A stretch of DNA of 64,000 bases from NCBI GenBank assembly GCA_045837725.1, contig JBEWZL010000266.1:186001-250000 (forward strand), given 5' to 3'. A program made the translations under genes and the position numbers. The notes beneath the pieces were generated by a model. That model did not search any database and had not been told where the DNA came from. It saw nothing but the letters and a program-made list of their open reading frames with translations. This DNA is from Vermamoeba vermiformis. Taxonomy: Eukaryota. Numbering within the stretch: the first letter of the stretch is position 1; each line of letters starts with the position of its first letter. This document shows, piece by piece, positions 38,829-51,479 of the stretch.

Positions 38829-40083
38829 ATGTCACAAGAAGACGATATATTATCGGGAGAGGAGCAGGACGATTTAAATGCGTCGTTTGACCTCGATCTA
38901 GGCACGCCAATCAAAGTCACGAAACAAAATTACAAAGATCTCGTATTTCTCATGAAAGGTGCATATCAAAATAAATATATTAATAGCGACATTGATTTAT
39001 TTACTGTGAATATAACAGGGGACCCAAAAGACATTACAATCACACAGCTGCCGCATCCCAGGACAGGTACGGCGCTTCTATCTTTATTAAAAGCATAATA
39101 TAACGATTATATATAGGACAACCAGCACGCTACGTGATTACAAGCGACAAGCAACGAGTGCTCGAGGTGCAAAAGATCTACGCCAAACCTTCATCATATT
39201 TTATTGATGATAACGTCAAAGAAGGTGATTATTAGCTGATAGTAGCACCTTATATTACAGTCACTAATGTGTGCGTTAGATGGAGCACTCTACTCCGCTA
39301 CACCGATAGATCCGCTGTTTTTGTTGTTACCACGCCTAGAAAAGCTTCGCAACAAGACTAAGAGCGACAAAGCACCCAATGGTTCATATACACCGATGAA
39401 AGAGCTGTTTATGGACTTGGAACAGCCTAATTACAGTCACTTGCGGGAGGTGAAGGACGCAGATCTCGAACTGCTGTGCGATGTTGAAGGTCAGTTGCAC
39501 TCGTTCTACGCACAATACTGACTGGTTATTATAGACATGGGCGATGACAAGTACGTGCGACTGAACGACGACAAAGTGGTGCTGTGGCTGCGTGCCAAGC
39601 TGAATCAAATCGCAGATCTGTTTGAACTGAGCACCAAGGCCACACAGCTGGGCCTCGCACTCATTCGCGCGCAGGCTGAGGGCTACATGGCCTCCAAGCA
39701 CGACACTCTCACGCACGGTAAGTCGCTCTTGCTGCCCGCTGTGTCCGCGGCTAACACCCTCTGCAGACCAAGTGCTGCACATTGCGGCCGGACTGCTCAG
39801 CGACTACATCAGCGCGCACTGGCTCGGCAAGTTGAAGAGTTGTTACGCGGCCTTCGAGACCAAGCCTGCATTCCTCGTCCCGGCCTCGCCTGCCACTCCT
39901 GGCGGCGGTGGCTCTCGCAAGCGCAAGTCCATGTTCGACGACTTGGACGAAGAGGACGACGGTGACACGAAGACACCTGTCAAAAAGCGTCGCACGTCAT
40001 TGGCGCAGTCACAGCTGGCCAAGACTGACACGAGCAAAATGAAGAAATTGACGTCGTTCTTCACGAGTCCGAAACCTAAATAA
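38829..40083 (+). CDS. RNASEH2B: Ribonuclease H2 subunit B
   Basis: QLPHPRTG, SYFIDDNVKEDGALYSATPIDPLFLLLP, YVRLNDDKVVLWL, C-terminal PIP-like MKKLTSFF. Confidence 0.9.
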
Positions 40084-40343
40084 ACTGCTTGTATTATAGT
40101 CACTAATGTACTACTCGCATGTTGTACTACTTGGCCGATCACGTGATTAACTTTGCAGTTGTTGCGTAGAAAGTGCAATAAGTATTGAAAAGAAAGTTGC
40201 GCAGAGATTTTTATCTGAAAACTGGTCAAAATTCAAGAGTGCTTCAGCGCAGTTGTATTGTCTTATTATTATTAACTCGAACTCAACTCGTGTACAATGC
40301 GCGTGATACAATCAAGCTAGTAGCGATTAATTCAAGACAAACA

Positions 40344-42698
40344 ATGGGCGACAGAACGAATGATTCTGATTCGATCGGACAGCGAAAATTACCCGATGAT
40401 CAACATACGACCACTCGTAATATTATGAATAATGATAATGTCGTGCCCAGCGCGAGTAGTCCGGTCATTCTGCGGGCAAACAGTAATAATTCAACGCCCC
40501 AGCAAAATGACGAAATAATTAATAATTCAAATAATGCTGCTCATGCGCCAACTGATAGCAATAATAATGCCAATAATAATAGCGGTAATATTGAAAGCCC
40601 GAAAAAAGCTGAAGTGCCACTTGAATCTATGCTGAACGATCCCGAAGGATTTTACGCACCACGTACGCGCAAGAGTTCAGACAGCAAGCGCAATCAGCTG
40701 CATATTCGTGCTGGATCTGGTCACAAACAGAGCAGAAGTATGGACATTACTGCTTGGGCTAAGATCTTGAAGGGAGAGAACAGTGAAGCTGAAGAGAAAA
40801 AACGAGCATCGATTGATAGCAAAGAACCACCTCCAACTCGGAGCTCAAGTCGCCAGCTCAACAGACGAGATTCGGTCATAGTCACTTTCTTTTCAAAATA
40901 TCCTTTTACTTATGATTTATTTTCTGCGCTGTAGCTTCCATTTATTTATCTACCACTATAGCATACGCACGCCATATTTCCTTGACCTAGCGTACTTTGT
41001 TTAATTCTACAGCGCAAGTAATGGATGAGATCGTCTCACCACGTACCAGCGCCACACCGAGCACTGCACCACCGCGCATTGAAACTAGGCCCTCGTACGT
41101 AATCATAGAGATATTGATGATCTTTCATATCATTACGCTGCAGTTACATTCATGTACTGAAATTTCCGAGCATTGAATTCAATTATCCAATTAATTACAT
41201 GGATTGCTGCGAGTCAATTAAATATAACTCGTGCAGCATACTGATCTATATTTAGATTGCTGCCGCGCAAGTCACCAGAAGAAGAGGCACAACATCTGCG
41301 CGAGTACGAGGCCATGGAAAAAGCATTCTTGAAAAAAGGTGCGCACTTGCTGTCAACATTGCTGCAGGTACAGAACTGACTTGTTATTTCCTAATTTAGA
41401 AAAGGAGCGTAAGGCACGCAAAGAAAAACTGAAAACTGAGCGTGAGAAAAGAATTCTCGATTCGACTCCCAAGTGGCGCGAGATTATAGACCACTGGGGC
41501 AGGACGTAAGAGTCGCACTTTGACACATCAAATTTGATATCTATTGTGACACTTTTGACATTTCTGACACGTGACAGGCGAGTGAAGAATTCGCTGAAAG
41601 AACTCAGTTGGTTCGGGGTGCCACCAATTCTGCGCGGCGAGGTAAAAGCGCGAGTTAATTGACAGTCAGGGATTGACACGTGTCAAACACAGGTCTGGAA
41701 GAAAGCAATCGGCAACAACTTGCACTTGACAGGCGAGCTGTACGAGATCTTAGTGCACCAAGCACAGCAAATGAAAGACGCCAAGGCAAAGAAGATTGAG
41801 GCAAGTGTCATTCAGTGACTCGCGGTGCAGTGCAGCGATTGACACGTTTGACAGATGAAAATCAAGGGCCGCTCGAACACAATAGTCGACATTGCACTCG
41901 ACTTGCCGCGCACATTCCCCGCGCTGTCCTTCTTTCAACAGGGCGGTCCCTCGCACCACTTGTTGCGCAATGTGCTCGAGGCCTACACGCTGTACAGACC
42001 CGATGTCGGCTATGTGCAGGGCATGTCGTACATTGCTGCGCTCTTGCTGCTCTACATGGACGCCGAGGACGCATTTGTAGCGCTGTGCAATCTGTTGAAC
42101 CGCAGTCTGCACTACTGCTTCTATCGCATGGACATCAAGCGAGTACGTACTTTGACACGTGTCATTGGCTGTGTTGCGTGGACTGACACGTGCTGGACAG
42201 ATGAAGCGCTACTACACGGTGTTTGACATGTTGATGAAAGAGTACATGCCACGTGTCTACACGCACTTTCAACAGCTCGGCATTCACACTGAGATGTACA
42301 TTCTCGACTGGTCCGTGCACTGCTTCCATGACTGACTGTTTGACATTTATTGACACGTGTCATTTTGTAGGCTGTTGACGTGTTTTGCTAAGACGTTGCC
42401 GCTCGACATGGCCACGCGCATATTTGACTTGTATATACTTGAAGGCGACAGCTTTTTGTTCAGAGCGGGCTTGGGTCTGTTGCGCTATTGGAAGAACACT
42501 GAAGAACTGTTGGAACGCGATTTTGAAGAGTGTCTCAAGCAGCTGAATCATCACTACTCGCCGACTGAGGAGATTGAAGAGGAAGAACTGTTCCAGGAAA
42601 TCAATTTAATTCCCCTCACTCCGAAGCACTACAAAGAACTGCTCGAAGAAGGTGAACAGGCTGATGATGGTGAAGAGGATGAACCCTCTGATCAATGA
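40344..42698 (+). CDS. TBC-domain Rab-GAP (TBC1D12/14-like)
   Basis: RPSLLPRKSPEEE, GVPPILRGEVW..IGN, IALDLPRTFP, YRPDVGYVQGMSY. Confidence 0.88.
40898..40995 (+). other. Canonical U12-type AT-AC intron
   Basis: Donor ATATCCTTTT, branch TTTCCTTGAC, acceptor TAC 9 nt later; excision gives an open frame FFSNLFNST. Confidence 0.9.
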
Positions 42699-42833
42699 GC
42701 AGATCTGCTAATTATTTATTGTCCCTATTGTACTCTTGCATGTAAATAAGATGTTTTGTAATCGAATTCATCATTAGCGTTGGTTTATTATCTACAGGCG
42801 GTATTTACAAGTACAAAATTGACTGACCAGTGC

Positions 42834-44374
42834 TCAATCAGTCTCCATGTCCAGCAGCTCTTGTTGTGCGCGCACAGCAGCTGACTCGTCCTCTTTTCTC
42901 TTGTGCAGCGAGGCCAGTTCATCGATCACACTCGTCAACAGATTTTTGTTCTTTTTCTGCTCTTCTTCGAGTTGTTTTTGTTTCTTCTTCCACTCAAGTG
43001 TTTTGAAAGTGTCTGCAATGTCTTGTTTGATCTTCTCTTCTATCATCGCCCACTCTTTCAATTCTTTCACAGTCTTCACAATCAGGGTCTGTTTCGCGCG
43101 TCGTACGTCATCAATCTCACGCGCGGTGTATCCGCCATCTTGTTCGAGACGAGCAATCAAGTCGTTCTCGTACATTTGAACTGCTTTGCAGGCTGATTTG
43201 GGCTTGAGTGGTGCACCTTGAATGACACGTGGATAACATTGCACGAGTTTAGCGAGGTGTTTTAGTCCGTCTTCACCTTCGCCAAGCAGCACTTTGTTGT
43301 AATTGGCTGCTACTTTCGCGACATTAGCAGTTTCAACATCACCTTGGGCTATTAGGTCTGACACTGCTTTGCACAACTGTTCTGGTGTCAGAGGTTGCGG
43401 ACCTTTAGGCTTAGCTGGGCGGGGAAGAGCAGCGCCAGGAGCACCTGGAGGGGGTGGTGGAGGGGGAGGAGCGACATTGGTGTTGGAAGTGTCAGTGACC
43501 TCTTCGATGACAGATGGTGCGACGGGTGGTGGTAAGAAGTGATTGATCGGTGAGTGTCGCGGTGGTGAGTGCTGAATGCTGTGAGCGAGCACTTGATCAA
43601 CAGTCAGCGAGGCCAGCACTGATTTGTATTGCTCCAACAAGGCACGCATTTGCTGCAGATCTCCTTGCACTTGCTGCAATTCACCGAGCTTGCTGCGCAT
43701 GAGTTCGAGTTCAGCAGCGAGTTGAATGGTGTGCGCGACAGTTGGCGGACTGGTGCTGAGCGCAGTGTGGAGCGCATTGTCCTTGGCTTGTTGGGCGTGG
43801 AAGAACGATGCGACCCACGACTGGAATCTGCGCACTCGACCCGTGTTGGGCGTGTCACATGCCATGGATTGTTCGATATTGTCTTTGACACGTGTCATTT
43901 CAAGACTCGGAACATCGTCTGCCTGTTGTTTCATCGCATTCTCGAGGTGCGAGGGGTCTGTCAAACTGTTGCTGACACTCAGCACGGTGAAGTCATCAAC
44001 TTTCAGTGAACCAGACATGACCATCTCCGCTGCACCCGACTTGCCTTTTATGGGCATTGCTTCAGTCGCGGTGTGCGGTGCTGGACTGTCCACTACTATT
44101 TCAGGCAAGTTCTCCGTGTTGTAAATAGATTCGTCCATGCACGATTGATCACGTGTGCTGTACTCGTCCATATCGGGTATTCTATCGAGATCATCGTCCT
44201 GTCACGTGATAATTAATATAAATAAAATTGATAAATCTCAAATCGCCGTACTGAGTCATTATCGTTGTTGTGGTCCCGTTGCAGAATTGAGTCAGAAACG
44301 CTGTTCGTCGAGTGATAAGGCTCGAATAGTGTATCGTCATCGAGTGGTGGCTGTACAGATAGGTTCATATTCAT
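42834..44374 (-). CDS. Hypothetical protein with coiled coils and a polyproline tract
   Basis: 445-aa ORF plus an upstream exon joined in phase 0; PPPPPPPP; family not recognised. Confidence 0.7.
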
Positions 44375-44472
44375 ATTTACATGCTCTCTATTGTTATTTG
44401 AGTTGAGATCTGCTTCGTTTAAACAGTGCTGTTGATTATTTGCTAATTCGGCGCTCTTGCGCAGACTTTCTT

Positions 44473-45013
44473 TTAATTTTTCAGTTTCTTCTTTAATATG
44501 AGCCTCTAATAATATTCTGCCCCAATAAATTTATTAATATAAAAGAGCAAATAAGCGTGTTGTGATCCAACTAAGACTTACTCGGCACATTCAGCATTGC
44601 TAGTTGAAAGTGATAAATGTAGAGGTAATTGACCACTCTTGTCTGGAACATTAACACTCGCGCCTATTATATTAAATTAATTGCGAATTTTACGCAAAAA
44701 CAGAAGCAGTTTTCGAGATCGGTCTTATCTGCCTTCAAATTACTTGCCATTATCGAGCAATTCTTTAATAGCTTGCTTATCCTCTAATACTGTTGCCAAA
44801 TGGAGCAAGGTAGCGCCATTATCTGCGACCTAGAATTACAAGAATGAGAAAGAATAATCTCAATTTATTTTACAGAGCTAATTAGAACTTAAAAATTGAT
44901 ACAAGAATTAAATAAAATTATAATCATTATAATATTACCTCGGAGTTAATGTCTGCACCACTAGAGTGCATCCGTTGAATGATCGAACGAGAAACAGAAC
45001 CAACATTACCCAT
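44473..45013 (-). CDS. Small (about 95 aa) ankyrin-repeat protein with myristoylation-type N-terminus; 4 exons, one GC-AG intron (44664-44747)
   Basis: MGNVGS..GADINSE|VADNGATLLHLA..ELLDNG|ASVNVPDKSGQLPLHLS..AE|ILLEAH; absent from the ORF track. Confidence 0.8.
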
Positions 45014-45338
45014 TCTGATTATAATACATGCGATCGAAATACTACAGTGTTATTATTAATATTAAACAGTCTCTTGTGTTTGCGTGTTATGTACAGGTGG
45101 TGGAAATGTCAAAAAAGAAAAAATTTGACTGTAATCGCACTGGATAGGGACAACAGACTCTCATTTGATCAGTATACACTGTATGGATATATTGCCCTAT
45201 CAAGTTGTTAGATTGCCGTTACGTACTCTGCTTGTTGGGGTGTCACTCGGTCAGTGCGAATTTAATGTCAGTTTTTACAACCGAGTCACACACGACGTGA
45301 ACGCCTAGCCTAGTAAATATATGCTGTAGTAATTGCAT

Positions 45339-47339
45339 ATGACTTCTAGGCGCAGATCGAGAGAGGCGGATCCAGCCGAGAATGGTGAGGTAGTTGAGGT
45401 CGAGATCAAGGAAGATGGAGATGCAGACATACCCAGTGACGATGAAAACTCCGGTAGGTGTTTCTACATGAATAAATATATCGGGGAAATCATTGGGGCC
45501 ACCAAATATTTCGAATGAAGGTTAATGCAAACGAAGGGCCATATTTTCAGATCGAAAATTTAATTCAACAGGGTCCTTTTGTGGCCCTGCTACTACCTAC
45601 GAAAATCATAGGAATTATAAAGATATTTTTCGAAGTATAGGCGCTATAATATGTAATTCCGTAGTTTTTAATCGATCGGTTTATTAAATTTCTTGCAGGG
45701 CAATTGAGCCAAGACGGCTTCGTAATGCAAAATGGCACATCAAAAGGCATCAGAACAGGCATTGTATACGACGAGCGCGTGTTGAAGCACATCAATGCCA
45801 AGCCAGGCAGTCCCGAGACCGCTGAACGGGTGCAAGTCTGTTTTGAAAAGCTGAAACGATCGAAACTGCTCGACAAATGCGAGTTAATAGGTACTAATAG
45901 GGAGAATATGACCTAGCAGTTAATGGCTAATCTTTGTCGCAGCGGGCGAAGAAGCCAGCGATGAGGTCTTGACGCTGGCCCACACTGCAGAATACGTGCG
46001 CAAAGTGAGCAACAAGTGCAACAAGTTGAGTGGCCGCGAGACAGTGGAGATTGATCAAGACGTCGTGCTCTCGCGTGAATCTGATCGCGCTGCCCGTGTG
46101 GCTGTTGGAGGACTCGTGAAATTGACCGACAAAGTGTTGAACGGCGAGCTCGACAATGGCTTTGCAATTGTTCGGCCACCGGGACATCACGCTGAGGCTG
46201 GAGAGGCCATGTAAGTCCAAACCAAATATGACATTAGGAGGTCTAATTAATGCTGCACCTAGGGGCTATTGCATTTACAACAACATTGCAGTGGCAGCAC
46301 GGTACGCTATTTCAAAGGGCATCAAGCGCGTGTTGATTGTGGATTGGGACTTGCATCACGGGAATGGCATTCAAAACATATTTCTGAACGATGACAAAGT
46401 GATGTACTTCTCAGTGCATTATCACGGGCGAGGGGACTATTACCCGGGTGAATCGGGTGCGCTGCATGTGGTGGGCAATGATGATGGTTACGGTACTATA
46501 ATGATCGCTGCAATGTGATATGAATCTACCACTAACCTGCCCATTAGGCTACAACGTCAATGTGCCGTTCAATCGGCAGAAGATGGACACACAAGACTAC
46601 GCAGCTGTCTTTCACAAATTGTTGCTGCCAATGGCAATCGAATACGGACCTGAACTCATCTTTGTAGCCGCTGGATTTGACGCAACACGCGGTGACAAGA
46701 TGGGCATCATGCGCGTCTCCACCACTGGCTACGCCTATTTCACACAGCTCTTGAAGTTGATCAACAAGAAGATCATCATGTCACTGGAGGGCGGTTACAA
46801 TGCAAAGTTGACAGCGATGTGTGTGGAGAAGTGCGTCAGTGTCTTGTTGGGCCAGCAAGTCTCAGCCACCACACCGGGAGTGCCTAGCGCACAGTGCTTG
46901 GAGACGATCAAGCAAGTAGCCATGCAGTGTGGTTAACAATCTTTTGCTTACATATAATGCAGGAATGTCGCATTGACGCACATTAAGACGGGTTGGAAAT
47001 GCTTCGGAGACTACGCAGGCATATCTGACAATCCTAACACGTGAGTGATAAATGCTGCACACATAATTCATGTTGCTAAACTAATGCAGACAAAAACGAG
47101 GCTGGGAGCCAATGCCAGTCGATGCGGATGGCAACGAGTATTTGGTGGATAAAATCCTCGATGACAAAGTCGTGAAGGGCAGAAAGAAGTACTATGTCTC
47201 GTGGTTTGGATTTCCGTCAGACGAGAACGAGTGGGTGGACGAGAAAGATATTTCAGAGGGGCTCGTTAAAGACTACGAGGCCAATAAGAAGGACAAGACC
47301 AAAGAGCCACCTAAAAAGAAACAAAAAACACGCCGCTGA
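45339..47339 (+). CDS. Class II-like histone deacetylase with C-terminal chromodomain
   Basis: RPPGHHA, GYCIYNN, DWDLHHGNG, AGFDA, LEGGY; chromodomain EYLVDKIL..YYVSWFGFPSDENEWV. Confidence 0.85.
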
Positions 47340-47395
47340 CGTCAATTCAGCACCCATGTACAGTATATAGTATTTAACATTAGCCACGCACCTGT

Positions 47396-48986
47396 TTATT
47401 TGATCTTGAGCAAGTTGATCAGCTGTCGTTCAGGCAGTGAAATGAGCACTGACCGACTCGTGGTGAGTCCGTTCTTCTTCATTGCAGTGAGCATTTTGAT
47501 GTATTCACCGTGACCTTGAATAGCCTCGAAGAACTTTCTGTTGTCTTCAATGTCTTTGACAGTGACGAAGACGTCGTCAATTTTCTTCACGAGTTCCATA
47601 AATTTAGTGTTGACCTGTAGTCAATATACCAATCAATCAATATTCGTAGCTGTGCCACAAATAATGTACTTACTGAATCATATAGTGGCCTCCATTGCGG
47701 GAAATAGGCAAAGAACTCTTCGCTCTCATTGGTGATCACTAACTTGAGCATGCGCCGTTCATTCAAACCTTCCTTGTCTTTGACTGTCAACAGTGCCATT
47801 TGAACGTAGTTCGGTGACTTGATTTTGAGCCGTTTGAAATGGATGTCACACGCTACAAATCCTTCGGCGTTTGCTGGATTCAAGTCAGCTGCGGCCTCGA
47901 CAATTTCATCGAGAGATTTGTACTCTGCGACACAATTAGACATCTATTAGCACATTATTGATATGCCTCATACCTCTGAACGGCACTGACTTCCACTTGT
48001 ATTTGTTGGCATACAGCGCGTGGTCTTCTTCGGCCAATGTTTTCAAATTCCTCACGCCATGCAAAAAGATGTCATCTTGATCGTATTTTACAATAATCTA
48101 TATATAATACGTTAATACTGTGAGTCGCAAGTATGTCTAATGCCTACTCTGCCATCGCGTGACAAAAATTCGAACATGAAGCACTTGTCTTGGTCCTCTT
48201 CGCTCGGCAGTGTATAATTGAGTGACTTCCACACGGCCCAAAATATCGTGTTGAATGTCGGTATGTCGTCATAATTGAGCCACTCTCGTTTGTCGTTTGT
48301 GGCATCGGCGTTGTCTTCGCCATCCAAAGTTAATTCCTCGAGCTGATCTGTAACATCATCTTCACCATTCTCATTGTTATTATTAGCTGCTGCGTCATCA
48401 TTGTTATTGTTGATTGATGTTTCGCTGTCAGTTGGCACGGGTACATTCATCAATTCAGCGAAGCGTTTCTTCGTTATTCTAATTTTGCCAGATGCGTCCG
48501 GCTTGCCGCTGGTTGCAATATGCCATTCCCCTTTACATAAAATTTAATAAATTCACCGATAAACCTACTAAAGTACCTTTGTAATAGTACAGTGTCATTA
48601 AGCTGCCATCTAGCTTGTCGGTTACGCGAACAGGTTGCTTGAAATTGAGCTTTGCGGCATGGGATTCGCCTGTGATAATCGGGGTATTATTATGAGGTGC
48701 TCAATTAATATTTGAATTTCTATAATTATTCTGCGTAATTTAGCAGATCCATACCAACATTAAAGAACTTGTCATAGGGATAAGAGACTATCCGCCAGTC
48801 ATCCGATTCGTCCAATATAATACCACGACAGTTTTGCACAACCTTGCTACTGAAAGGGGAGTTGATTTGATCGTATTTGAATAATATAAGTTGCGGATGC
48901 TTCTTGTGCCGGCACGTAGCAACGCTGAGTTTAGTCTTAACAGCTGCAAGACCTTCTCTTTTCAAAAAACCTACGAGATGAGTCAT
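47396..48986 (-). CDS. T4 Rnl1-like ATP-dependent RNA ligase
   Basis: NCRGIIL, YPYDKFFN, motif I DKLDGS, FMFE, LHGVRN, EGFV, RLKIKS; spliced. Confidence 0.85.
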
Positions 48987-49123
48987 GTTGTTGACAGTTG
49001 AAATAAATAAATCGAAATACTCGTTCTGCGACTTTTTTTTGTATTTAAATCTCGTACTTATCTCCCCAATCTCAATTAATACAATTTATAACAAAGCAGA
49101 TTAAAATACAAAATTGCTTTTCC

Positions 49124-50216
49124 TTAAGCACTAGGGTTGGGAGCAGTGATTCCAGCTGTAATGTCATCGAAGGTCGTGAGCTTGACGATCAGCGAGACGA
49201 TGAACACGTAGCTCTGCAGTGAGATGTTAGGCATTGTTAGGTATATAGGGGCTCATATAGAGCACTTACGATGATAAGCCACACGAAAACACCGACAATG
49301 CAAGCAGCAATCGTGATGGGATAGATGCTGTACTGATTGTTCGCGGCCACAAATCCTGCGTCATTTGCCGCGAGCAGTCCACTCTCCACCACTGCATTGA
49401 ACGCGTCTAAACACCACGTGACTAGGATGCAGATTGAAAAGATGGCGACCAGGATAATGAACTGATAGTACCAGTTAAGAAATAATAAAAAGAACTATAA
49501 TCAAGTTGATTAAGACTAATATGAAAGGATACGCCTAAGAACATTTTCTTCTTGCGGAAGTGCACGGTGATAATGCACGCGACCAGATCAATGACCAACA
49601 GAAGACCTGTCAAATGTTACTTTAATTGCCGAGTAATTAATTAACGATCGTGATTACCTCCAATAACTCGAATAGCATCCGCAGCAAGAGCAGTGCCTGT
49701 ATAACAAATGGTAACGTCAATATCGATACAGCAGTTTTGATTCAGTAGGTCCTACCTTGCGTTCGCCCTAAGAATCCGCGCCAAGCTGTGGCACCCAAAA
49801 TCAGCCAGCCTAAAACGAGGGCCTAACATGACGAGTTATTAATTACTGAATTTTGCTCGCAATATCGTTAAATTGGCCGGTTTGTGTCAGAAAATCTTTT
49901 TATAAGTTCGGGATTCGGAAACTGAAATTCGATTTCGAAATTAAAATTGTCTTAATTACTTGTTAAGACAATTTATCCATCGATTCTTTACTTCCAACAA
50001 AACATTCTGAATTCTACAAACCGACGATCCGAAATCAATACAAAAGCCTTGTAATTTCATGTGAACATTTCAATAATTGATATTAGTACTTACTCCTGCA
50101 ATACAATAGAGAATAAATAAAGATTTCTTCGTGCGAACGAAGGGTCCGCCAAATCTCGCAACTCGTTGTACAGGGCCGGAGTCGGCTGCAACATTCGGTG
50201 ACGAGTTCACTTCCAT
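49124..50216 (-). CDS. Four-TM membrane protein of unknown function
   Basis: Six small exons join into an open frame with four hydrophobic segments; ends ITAPNPSA*. Confidence 0.7.
49462..49532 (-). other. U12-type GT-AG intron
   Basis: Donor GTATCCTTT, branch TTTCTTAAC 14 nt before the intron end; frame MFLG|FIIL maintained. Confidence 0.85.
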
Positions 50217-50400
50217 GGTATTATGGTGCTGGTGCAGAGGTCATAAATATTTAATTAAAACATCAATCAACGTTCACTCTTTGTTTTTGCTATTTTAAGA
50301 AATCACGTGTTTGTGGTAGATCAGCGCGCAGTAATGAGCTAATAATTACAATGTTTATATGACGAATATATACTACGGTCGAGAAGACACTGGGCCACAT

Positions 50401-51479
50401 CTACTCAGAGGTCTTTTCAATGTCCATCGGTGTGGGCGGATCCACGTGTTCATTAACACTCGAGCCCTCTTCTTTCTTGTCCTCAATATTGCCACCCTTT
50501 ACATCAACGTTAGACCAGCACATGAGTCACACATACAGCGCGACATACCTCGTCCTCGCTGTCATCTTTCTTCTCCGCTGCTGGTTCATCGAACTGTCTG
50601 TCGCTCTGTTTGATCGCACTGATCGCTTTGTGTTGTTGCGCCACTTGGGTGTCGTAGTCACTCGCTGACAATGTCTCTTGTGTCGTCGATACTGACAGTA
50701 ACTGCGTGACAGGTTAGCAATTATAGGTCAATCAAGCAATGCGCGGAACACAGCGCTCGTAGCAGTGTTGCCAAGTGATCACTGCACGTACCTTGTCGTA
50801 GGCAAATATGTATTTTTTGGTTGAAGAATACAACGTGGGTCGCACTATTAGCTCACACATGCGTTGTACTGTAAAGGGCACGCTAAAAAAAAATAATTAG
50901 CATAAATAGCTATAATTGGCAAAATACTAGTATTTTCAACCGTACCCTGAAAAACCATTAAGCGCATCTAACAATTTCTTTTTCTGCTGGTCAAAATCTG
51001 ATAGAGGACTCTTTGCTTGCCATTCATCCAAAATCTAATGGATATATTATTAATATGATCACTAAATTGCAACCATTGTGGAACAAAAATATCTTTTGTA
51101 GGATCTGTCAGCCGCGTACCTGTTCCAATCTATATCCAATCAACTGTTTTAAAAATTCCCAAGGGTAGCTAAAAAACCGTATTAATAAATATGCGCTCAT
51201 AGAAATGAAAATCAGTTTTTTAAATTAATTTCGTGGATTAACTAGCATTTAATTAATAATTTGCGTCGACGTACCAAGTCAATCCAGTGGCTGCTATATC
51301 ATTAATGATTCGATGCAAATTATCGTTTAACGTTTTGGTTGCTTGTTTAGTGAAATCTAGAATAAGAAACAGATTTAATGCGGGTGGTTAACGCTGGACC
51401 TATCGTTCAACAACTGACCTTCCAATTCATTTTCAAAGTCCTTTGAATATTTAATTTCGCGGGCCTTGTCTGTTTCCAT
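50401..51479 (-). CDS. PPP4R2: Protein phosphatase 4 regulatory subunit 2
   Basis: IAATG..YPWEFLK, VPFTVQRMCELIVRP..KKYIFAYDKLL; acidic tail; absent from the ORF track. Confidence 0.85.

Noticed and set aside
9290-42708. GCAGATCTGC palindrome near some gene ends (about 9290, 33013, 42699)
   Set aside because: Few copies, also present in coding sequence; cannot be separated from background by eye.
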